Part shown: positions 56,820-64,000 of the stretch, piece after piece
Numbering within the stretch: position 1 is the first letter of the stretch
Layout of the letters: every line of letters begins with the position of its first letter
Assembly: GCA_965215185.1 (NCBI GenBank)
Contig: OZ244034.1
Span: forward strand, 1,874,244 to 1,938,243
Direction: 5' to 3'
Length of the DNA stretch: 64,000 bases
Source: Acidimicrobiia bacterium
GTDB lineage: Bacteria; Actinomycetota; Acidimicrobiia; Spongiisociales; ZC4RG35
Notes under the pieces: generated by a model
Seen by the model: only the letters and a program-made list of their open reading frames with translations
The model's database searches: none
What the model was told of the DNA's origin: nothing
Made by a program: the position numbers and the translations under genes

Positions 56820-56945
56820 GCCGCACCTCCTCTATGACACTCTACCCCCAGCCGGAGCGCCAATCCAGGGCGTTGCCTTGAGCGCACGTCGACCGCGCGC
56901 ATCGGCCACCAGACAGTCCCCGCTGGCTTAGCTCGGGAGGAAACC

Positions 56946-58208
56946 GTGGGCAAAGTGCAGACGGTTATCCGGGCCAAAGCCCTCTTTGATGGCACAGGGA
57001 CTCCACCCGTCCCCAACGCCATCGTTATCTTGGAAGGGTCCCGCATTGTGGCCGCGGGCCCCGAAAGCGCCATCGAGACGCCCCGGGGACCGCAGGTGCG
57101 GGCACTGGACTTTCCCGACGGGTACCTGCTTCCCGGTCTCATCGATGCCCACACCCATCTCATGTTCGGTTCCGGGGACGCCACGTACGAGGAGGTAATC
57201 GAGCGGGACTCCGACCAGCTGATGCTGCTGCGCGCCGCCCGCAACGCCCACATCCACCTCAACGCCGGGGTCACCACCCTGCGGGACTGCGGCGCCCGCA
57301 ACCAGGTGACCTTCGACCTGCGCCGGGGCGTCCGGCAGGGGCTGGCGCTGGCGCCCCGGCTGCTTCTGAGCGGCCGCCCGGTGACGACCACCGGAGGCCA
57401 CTTCTGGTGGTGCAACCAGGAGGCTGACGGGGTGGAGGGCGTTCGGAAAGCCGTGCGCCAGCTGGTGCGGGACGGCGCCGACTTCATCAAAATCATGGCG
57501 TCGGGCGGGGGCACCGCCGGAACCGACAACCGCCGGCCGTCCTACAGCGTGGAGGAGCTGCGGGCCATTGTGGACGAGGCCCACAATCTGGGCAAGCCGA
57601 CCACGGCCCACTGCATAGCCACTCAGAGCATCGTCAATGCTCTGGACGCAGGCGTCGATTCCATCGAGCACGCCACCTTCATAGAGCCTGACGGCTCCTA
57701 CCGCTTCAACCCGCGGATCGCCGAGCGCATTGCCCGGCAGGGGGTGCTGGTCAGCCCAACGGTGCAGACGGGCTACCGGAAACGAGAGATGCTGCTGGCG
57801 CGGCGAGCACAGGGACATGCCCTGACTCCGGAGGAGAAGCGGCGCCTGGAAGACCTACAGGTCAAGTGCGAGCGTCAGGTGGAGTTCCTGGGCAGGCTCT
57901 GGTCTGAATGGGAGGTCTCCATCGTGGCCGGCACCGACGCTATTCAGACCTTCGGTGACTATTGCCTGGGGTTGGAGCTGCAGGTCCAGGCGGGCATGAG
58001 CCCCGCGGATGTCATCTGCTCTGCAACTTCGGTGGCGGCGCGCGCCGTTGGTGTGGGCCATCTGGTCGGGACCATCGAGCCGGGCAAGGAGGCGGACCTC
58101 ATCGTGGTGGATCAGGACCCCCTCCAGGACATCCGGGCCCTGCGGTCCATGCGGATGGTGATGCAGGGGGGAACTGTCATGCCGCCGCCGGTGGTCATGG
58201 GAATCTAA
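56946..58208 (+). CDS. metal-dependent amidohydrolase family protein
   Basis: GLIDAHTHL motif. 420 aa. Confidence 0.75.
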   Translation: MGKVQTVIRAKALFDGTGTPPVPNAIVILEGSRIVAAGPESAIETPRGPQVRALDFPDGYLLPGLIDAHTHLMFGSGDATYEEVIERDSDQLMLLRAARNAHIHLNAGVTTLRDCGARNQVTFDLRRGVRQGLALAPRLLLSGRPVTTTGGHFWWCNQEADGVEGVRKAVRQLVRDGADFIKIMASGGGTAGTDNRRPSYSVEELRAIVDEAHNLGKPTTAHCIATQSIVNALDAGVDSIEHATFIEPDGSYRFNPRIAERIARQGVLVSPTVQTGYRKREMLLARRAQGHALTPEEKRRLEDLQVKCERQVEFLGRLWSEWEVSIVAGTDAIQTFGDYCLGLELQVQAGMSPADVICSATSVAARAVGVGHLVGTIEPGKEADLIVVDQDPLQDIRALRSMRMVMQGGTVMPPPVVMGI

Positions 58209-58306
58209 CAGAGAAGGAGTTTCCACATCCCCATGAGTGACGGGGATCAGGACAACTCGGGCCGCCGCCCACCCCCGGCAGTCAGGAACTTCCGATGACT
58301 TGCGGC

Positions 58307-59698
58307 TCACCCAGCCGGAAACAGGTCGGGAGGATGGCGCTCATGCCAGTCGGTGAGCGACTGGTAGGCGCGGGCCACCGTCAAGATGGTGTTCTCCTCA
58401 TAAGCTCTGCCCATGAACTGTATTCCCGTGGGCAGGCCCTCTGGTGAAAAGCCGCTCGGCACCGATATTGCTGGAATTCCGGCCAGGTTTCCGACCAACA
58501 GCATTGTGTGTATCGCTGAGTGCGGGGCCACGCTGCGGAAATCCCGGTCGAGCGGGGCTGCATTACCATCCCGTGAGGGACCGACCAGGGCATCGAACGG
58601 CGACATCACCTGGTCGGCGTTCTCCGCCAGGAGCTTTCTGAGGCGCATCGCCTTGATGTAGTCCTTCGCCAGCACCGCCACCCGGGGATAGAAACCGTAA
58701 CGGTCTTCCGGCGCGGTTAGGTCCGCCAGCATCCCGCTGTCCACGATCTCCTCAAATGCGCTCGATGCCTCCGCGAACCAGATCGTCTGGACGATTTCCT
58801 CGTGCGGAAGGTCGGAGAACTGCACCTCCTCTATGTCTGCCACTTCTCCCAGCGTATGAAGCGCCCGTTCGAAGTTGGAGCGCGTCGTTTCGTCCGAGTG
58901 GTCGGCGACGTTCTTCACAACACCGAGCCGCATTCGCCTCGACGCCACGTCGGAGTCGTCGTAACGGAAGGTGCGATTGGTCGTTGTCGGATCCTTCGGG
59001 TCCGGGCCGGCGATCGCCTCCAGCACCAGGCCGCAGTCGTCCGCGGTCAGGCACAACGGCCCCAGTTTGTCCAGCGTCCAGGAAAGGGCCATCGCTCCGT
59101 AGCGGCTTACCCGCCCGTAGGTGGGGCGCAGGCCGGCCACTCCGCAATTGGTGGCGGGGGTGATGATGGAACCTACCGTCTCGGAGCCGATGGTGAACGG
59201 CGCCAGACCGGCCGCCGTCGCCGAGCCGGATCCGCTGGACGATCCGCCGCTCCATCTCGTCTTGTCCCAGGGGGTGATGCCCGGGCCGGTGAACGAGGCG
59301 TTGGGTTGCTGGTAGCCCGCCCCGCCCGCCAGCTCCACCATGGCCAGCTTGGCTGCCAGCACCGCTCCCGCGGCCTCGAGCCTCAGAATCACGGTGGCGT
59401 CGTAGTCGAAGGTCTGGTTGCGCAGCGGCGCCGCGCCCCATGTTGTCGGAATGCCGTCGGACGTGGCCAGCAGGTCCTTTGCGCCGTAGGGAATGCCGTG
59501 CAGCGGGCCTCGGTACCCCCCGGACGCAATCTCCTGCTCAGCGCGTCTCGCCTGCATCATCGCTCGCTCCCGGGTGACGGTGACCACTGCGTTGTAGTCC
59601 GGTCCCAGCGTCTCCAATCGATCCAGGAAGTACTCGGCAAGCTCCACCGGCGACACCTCTCGGTCTCTAACCAGGTCGCCCAATTGGCGTACGGTCAT
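58307..59698 (-). CDS. amidase-signature family amidase (AtzE/GatA-like)
   Basis: GGSSSGSGSATAAG amidase-signature motif with Ser-cisSer-Lys triad context. Start assigned at MTVRQLGDL. Confidence 0.8.
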   Translation of the reverse strand: MTVRQLGDLVRDREVSPVELAEYFLDRLETLGPDYNAVVTVTRERAMMQARRAEQEIASGGYRGPLHGIPYGAKDLLATSDGIPTTWGAAPLRNQTFDYDATVILRLEAAGAVLAAKLAMVELAGGAGYQQPNASFTGPGITPWDKTRWSGGSSSGSGSATAAGLAPFTIGSETVGSIITPATNCGVAGLRPTYGRVSRYGAMALSWTLDKLGPLCLTADDCGLVLEAIAGPDPKDPTTTNRTFRYDDSDVASRRMRLGVVKNVADHSDETTRSNFERALHTLGEVADIEEVQFSDLPHEEIVQTIWFAEASSAFEEIVDSGMLADLTAPEDRYGFYPRVAVLAKDYIKAMRLRKLLAENADQVMSPFDALVGPSRDGNAAPLDRDFRSVAPHSAIHTMLLVGNLAGIPAISVPSGFSPEGLPTGIQFMGRAYEENTILTVARAYQSLTDWHERHPPDLFPAG

Positions 59699-59723
59699 GA
59701 AGGCGAAGTTGTCCGGCAAGACG

Positions 59724-59933
59724 TCAGCCCTCTGCCCGGTAGGGTGTGAACACCGAGTACGGCTCATCGCTATTTTCGAGCCTGACAGCTCTCAGGGTCT
59801 GTGACGCGGCGACAATGTCCTCGATGCCCTGGCGTACCGCTTCCAATTGCTCATCGTCCAGGCGGTCCCCGTAGAGGCCCTTCACCATTTTGAATCGTTC
59901 TTCCACTTCCCGTTCGGTAGCTTCCCCGTTCAA
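59724..59933 (-). CDS. GatC/AtzG-like small subunit (69 aa), immediately upstream of the amidase
   Basis: LDDEQLEAVRQGIEDIVAASQTLRAVRLENSDEP resembles the GatC/AtzG pattern. Same strand, 26-bp spacing. Confidence 0.45.
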   Translation of the reverse strand: MNGEATEREVEERFKMVKGLYGDRLDDEQLEAVRQGIEDIVAASQTLRAVRLENSDEPYSVFTPYRAEG

Positions 59934-60128
59934 GATGCTCCTCCGCTGCCTCTCGCCTGCGTGATATGCCCCACTTTCAGTCCTCCCCCAGACCTACGGA
60001 TGGTGGGTCGGTAAGTCTAGTTAGGGGGTCCCAGGGTGTGCTGGCAGGGCGGTGAGGGGTTCTCGGCGAACCTACAATGTGGCCAGAGCCAACAGCAAGC
60101 GTCCCCCCACCCCGGAATAGGACTATTA

Positions 60129-61490
60129 GTGCGCAACTTCGATCTGATGATCATCGGTACCGGATCCGGCAATTCGGTGATCGGAACTGAGCACGACAAC
60201 TGGGAGATTGCCGTCGTGGAGCGAGGACGCTTCGGCGGCACCTGTCTAAATGTCGGCTGCATACCCTCGAAGATGTTCGTTTACGCCGCCGAGATGGCGG
60301 AACTGGCCGCCGACAGCCCGCGCCTAGGGGTCCGCACTCGCTTCGACGGCGCTGACTGGCCCTCCATACGCGATCGCATATTCGGCCGGATCGACCCGAT
60401 CGCCGAAGGGGGCCTCACTTACCGGGAGGAACTGCCCAACGTCACCGTCTATGCCGGTGCCGGGCGGTTCGTCGGAATGAAGCAAGTGTCCATCGGTGAC
60501 GAAGTGATCACCGCCGACCGGATCGTGATAGCCGCAGGTGGACGGCCCACTGTGCCCCCGGTGCCGGGCCTGGCCGATTGTGGATACCACACGTCGGACA
60601 CGATCATGCGCCTCGACGACCTACCCGAGCGACTGCTGGTGATGGGCGCCGGCTACATAGCAGCCGAGTTGGGCGGCGTCATGGGAGCGTTCGGCTCGAA
60701 GGTGACCTTCCTGCTGCGGGGCGACACCTTCCTGCGCCGGGAGGACCACGACATCAGCAGCCGGTTCACCGCCGCCTACGCCCGCCGGTTCGACGTGCGC
60801 ACCCACACCCGGCTCCTCGAGGCCCGTCGAGACGGCGGCGAAGTGGTGATCCGCATGGCCGGCACCGATGGCACCCCTTTCGAGGTGAGGGGCGATGAGT
60901 TGCTGGTGGCGACCGGCCGAAGACCGAACACCGACCAGCTCGACGTGGAGGCGGGAGGGATCGCCGTCGACAACCAAGGGTTCGTGATCACCGACGAGCA
61001 ACTGCGCACCAACGTGGAGGGTGTCTGGGCCCTGGGCGATATCACCAACCCGGTGCAGTTGAAGCATGTCGCCAACCACGAGGCTCGGGTGGTGCGCCAC
61101 AACCTCACCAACCCCGACAACCCGGCCACCGTCGACCACCGGTTCATCCCTCACGCGGTGTTCGGATATCCCCAAATCGCCAGCGTCGGTCTCACCGAGC
61201 AGGAATGCCGCAGGCAGGACATTCCCTACGTCAGCCACGTCCAACCCTACGCGGCTGCCGCCTATGGCTGGGCGATGGAGGACACTGACAGCGTTGCGAA
61301 AGTCATCGCCCATGCCGAGACCCGCCGCCTCCTCGGAGCCCACATCATCGGCCCGCAGGCGCCCACCCTCATCCAGCAACTCATCCAGGGCATGCACTTC
61401 GATCTGACCGTCGACCAGATGGCCCACGGGCAGTACTACATCCACCCCGCCTTGCCGGAAGTTGTCGAGCAGGCCCTCCTGGAACTCTAA
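60129..61490 (+). CDS. mtr: mycothione reductase-like class I pyridine-nucleotide disulfide oxidoreductase
   Basis: FDLMIIGTGSGNS...GGTCLNVGCIPSKMFV (redox-active CxxxxC) closely matches the Mtr/glutathione-reductase N-terminus. Fits the mshA context. Start is a GTG or the ATG at 60147. Confidence 0.7.
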   Translation: MRNFDLMIIGTGSGNSVIGTEHDNWEIAVVERGRFGGTCLNVGCIPSKMFVYAAEMAELAADSPRLGVRTRFDGADWPSIRDRIFGRIDPIAEGGLTYREELPNVTVYAGAGRFVGMKQVSIGDEVITADRIVIAAGGRPTVPPVPGLADCGYHTSDTIMRLDDLPERLLVMGAGYIAAELGGVMGAFGSKVTFLLRGDTFLRREDHDISSRFTAAYARRFDVRTHTRLLEARRDGGEVVIRMAGTDGTPFEVRGDELLVATGRRPNTDQLDVEAGGIAVDNQGFVITDEQLRTNVEGVWALGDITNPVQLKHVANHEARVVRHNLTNPDNPATVDHRFIPHAVFGYPQIASVGLTEQECRRQDIPYVSHVQPYAAAAYGWAMEDTDSVAKVIAHAETRRLLGAHIIGPQAPTLIQQLIQGMHFDLTVDQMAHGQYYIHPALPEVVEQALLEL

Positions 61491-61681
61491 AACCAGTTCC
61501 GGGGGTGTACGCGCCGGCATGGAGCCTACGTTTGGCGAGGACTGCAACCTGAAGGTCTCCCAGAAGGTGATAGCGTGCGGAAAGTACCGTCTGACCCCAG
61601 GATTAGGTAGTGTTACCTTGTCATAAGGTTTCTTGGTGGCTGTTAACCGAAACTCTTTCCCTGTTGCCCTCCTACTGACAA

Positions 61682-62128
61682 TTGTTCTTGTCTCCTCCCC
61701 TGCCCTCAGGAAAGGCCAACAGCATCACCGCCTTCCAATCGGCCCAAGGAGAGGAATTTGCGACCGTGTGGTCGGCAGTGCTGACTCCCGGAGAGACAAC
61801 AGAACCCGGGCCCAACGGTTTTTGCAGGGCAGCAGACAGTGGCCTCTGCATCAAGAAGCACCAACATGGTTGGCACGATCCCTATGGTTCTTTGACCGAT
61901 GGCACCGTCGAAATCGACCAGACAATCCACATAGTCCAGAGTCTCAGATATGGCGCCGCCAACCAGGATGGCAAACTGCACCTCACTTTGGATCCGCCGC
62001 TTTCTCCCGATGACAAGGCGAGGCTGGTTCTGGAAATAGGAAACAGGTCCTTCTCTCTGTCGTCCGCTTTCACCGAATTTTTGGACATAGGAGGAAACTA
62101 CGTCTGGATCGGTTTCGAGGAACCCTGA
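61682..62128 (+). CDS. hypothetical protein; a possible signal peptide is encoded in another frame upstream
   Basis: 148 aa. Separated from the next ORF by a single in-frame TGA. Confidence 0.3.
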   Translation: MFLSPPLPSGKANSITAFQSAQGEEFATVWSAVLTPGETTEPGPNGFCRAADSGLCIKKHQHGWHDPYGSLTDGTVEIDQTIHIVQSLRYGAANQDGKLHLTLDPPLSPDDKARLVLEIGNRSFSLSSAFTEFLDIGGNYVWIGFEEP

Positions 62129-62149
62129 GAGGTTGGTAATCCGATCCAA

Positions 62150-62638
62150 GTGAGCTTGAAGAAGCCACCGGTTGGATACGCCGGGCACACACCCGGTACT
62201 GCCAACACAGATTTGGGGTTGGGAGTCTCTATGCTGAGCCGGCTGGAAACCGCCGATGATCGTGATTGGTACCGGGTGGATCTGGAAATTGCGGTCTCAT
62301 ACCTCTTCCAGGTCCGCGGCCCGAGGCCGGCAGACACCCATCTTGATTGGTATCAACTGGATCTGGACACCAGCGGTTCTTCTCACCTGGTCACGCGCGG
62401 CCCTCAGAACGATGCGGGAAGTCTGCGGATCGTCCTGTATGACGACATGGGGGAGGCAGTCTGGCGCGACGGCTCCCCGGTTGCAGAAGACAGTAAGACG
62501 GGTGAGTACCGCGCGGGGTTGTACTACCAACCAACATCTGGAGGCGCTCACTATCTTGAGGTGACCAGTCCCTCGGATCGACCGCTGACCTGGTACATGG
62601 TCGGTTACTGGGAAAGGGAACCTGGCAACCAACCCTGA
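62150..62638 (+). CDS. hypothetical protein with PPC (pre-peptidase C-terminal)-like DxDWYRV motif
   Basis: ADDRDWYRVDLEI. GTG start. Confidence 0.35.
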   Translation: MSLKKPPVGYAGHTPGTANTDLGLGVSMLSRLETADDRDWYRVDLEIAVSYLFQVRGPRPADTHLDWYQLDLDTSGSSHLVTRGPQNDAGSLRIVLYDDMGEAVWRDGSPVAEDSKTGEYRAGLYYQPTSGGAHYLEVTSPSDRPLTWYMVGYWEREPGNQP

Positions 62639-62954
62639 TCCTCCCCGTGGGGCCGCTTCCCCACAACCCCTGCTGGGCTTAGGTTTCCCAGGCAATTGGC
62701 GACCGTCCATGCTCGGGGCCCCCAGGCGCCAGTCCCGACTACACCGGCACGGGATCGGAGACCGTACTACGGCTTTCAGACAGCCCTGATTGGCTGATAT
62801 TCCTTCTCCGGGGCCCTCAACAAAATGGCTGACTCTCAAAGCCCCGAACCTCGGCTGGATCGACCGGTTTGCTTGGTGGGGTGAGGGTTGGGGTCCAAGG
62901 AAAAGGTCTGCGGAAGGTGCTATCGCTTACCTTTTTCGTTTAGCATCGGTTGGC

Positions 62955-63476
62955 ATGACGGAAACCGATACAACAGATCCGAGCGCGTTGGACAAACAGC
63001 TTCTCCGCCGAGCCATCGAACTTTCGGCCAGTGCAGCCGCCAAAGGGAATATGGCGTTCGGCGCCCTCCTTGCAGACCCCGAAGGCAACGTCCTCCTCGA
63101 AGCGGAGAACACGACGTTCACCGAACGGAACCCCCTCAACCACGCCGAGATCAACCTGATTAACCTGGCGGTCGCCACCCTCAATCCCGAGCAGATCGCC
63201 ACCGCCACCCTCTACACCAGCTGCGAACCCTGTGCCATGTGCAGCGGCGCCATGTATTGGGGTGAAATAAACCGGATGGTGTATGCGATGTCCGAACACG
63301 ACCTGCTGAGAATCACCGGAGTCAACGACCACTGCCCGACCATGCGGGGAGTCGGCTGCCGCAACATCCTTACCAGCGGCCAGCGTCACATCGAGGTGAT
63401 CGGACCCCACCTGGTTGAGGAGGCCTGCGCAGTCCAAATCGACTACTTTGCGGCCCGGCCACCCGAGAGTTCATAG
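62955..63476 (+). CDS. CMP/dCMP-type zinc deaminase (nucleoside/guanine deaminase-like)
   Basis: HAE...PCAMC zinc-binding motifs. Start at MTETD. Confidence 0.7.
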   Translation: MTETDTTDPSALDKQLLRRAIELSASAAAKGNMAFGALLADPEGNVLLEAENTTFTERNPLNHAEINLINLAVATLNPEQIATATLYTSCEPCAMCSGAMYWGEINRMVYAMSEHDLLRITGVNDHCPTMRGVGCRNILTSGQRHIEVIGPHLVEEACAVQIDYFAARPPESS

Positions 63477-63605
63477 AAACGGGTAGGGCTTAGCCTCCTG
63501 TCACCTAGATGGCCTGGGGGTGGTGCCCACCCCGCCGTGTCAGGACGCTGTTGACCTCAAATAGAAACTGGTGGTTCTGGAATCAGCTCACCTGGATCGG
63601 TGGCT

Positions 63606-64000
63606 TCACGAACCGTGGGCTTCCTCCCACGAGACGATGGGGTTGCGGAGCACACCGATACGTTCGATTTCGGCTTCCATGACATCACCCGGCCGCAGAT
63701 ACAAAGACTCAGCATCCTCGCTGAAACCAGCAACCCCGGACACCGTACCAGTGGAGACAATGTCGCCAGCGCTGTAGCCCATCGGGGAATAGTGGGACAC
63801 GATCTCCTGAAGTGTCACCGACATGTTCCCCGTGTTTGAAACCTGGCGCCTCTCACCGTTCACTCGAAGTTCCACATTGAGAGAATGCGGATCTCCGACC
63901 TCGTCGGGTGTCACAATCCAAGGCCCAATCGGGCAGAAGGTGTCGATCCCCTTGCAGAAAGAGAAAACACCGGACGCCATCTCTCTACGCTGGATATCCC
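63606..64000 (-). CDS. fumarylacetoacetate hydrolase (FAH)-family protein, C-terminal part (N-terminus beyond the window edge)
   Basis: KGIDTFCPIGPWIV...VNGERRQ...GDIVSTGTVSGVA are FAH-family C-terminal motifs. Confidence 0.6.
   Translation of the reverse strand, partial: DIQRREMASGVFSFCKGIDTFCPIGPWIVTPDEVGDPHSLNVELRVNGERRQVSNTGNMSVTLQEIVSHYSPMGYSAGDIVSTGTVSGVAGFSEDAESLYLRPGDVMEAEIERIGVLRNPIVSWEEAHGS

Overview
High-GC (about 65-70%) actinobacterial-type chromosomal segment of mixed core and accessory DNA. Mycothiol genes (mshA, a mycothione-reductase-like flavoprotein) point to Actinobacteria, possibly Acidimicrobiia-like. Core content: an aromatic amino-acid operon end (tyrA start, DAHP synthase), phnX, lutABC, a methionine-salvage/nucleoside block (SAM hydroxide adenosyltransferase, mtnA, MTA/SAH deaminase-like amidohydrolase, BMP-type nucleoside ABC transporter, two tandem PNP-family paralogues), rex, a flotillin/NfeD pair, an M23 peptidase, several SDRs, and an amidase with a GatC/AtzG-like small subunit. 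Accessory content: two copies of a TnpB-only IS200/IS605-like element on the minus strand, each bounded by about 17-24-bp terminal inverted repeats, one decayed and one nearly intact with a single frameshift. Two small low-GC islets (a DUF433/DUF5615 toxin-antitoxin-like pair, and a class A beta-lactamase-like hydrolase) each sit at the 3' end of a host gene and are followed by a diverged remnant of that gene's 3' end. Most interesting: a divergent about 9.4-kb respiratory locus (20360-29757). Its plus-strand 7-gene operon reads membrane protein, 2[4Fe-4S] ferredoxin, split cytochrome b (b6-like plus subunit-IV-like), Tat-dependent Rieske protein, a large dihaem cytochrome c with an inserted domain carrying two EF-hand-like loops, and a small membrane protein. 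The minus-strand 3-gene operon is a about 12-TM protein and two membrane-anchored monohaem cytochromes c. The two operons are tied by a about 40-residue N-terminal cytoplasmic module present on three different subunits. This looks like an undescribed variant of a Rieske/cytochrome b supercomplex.
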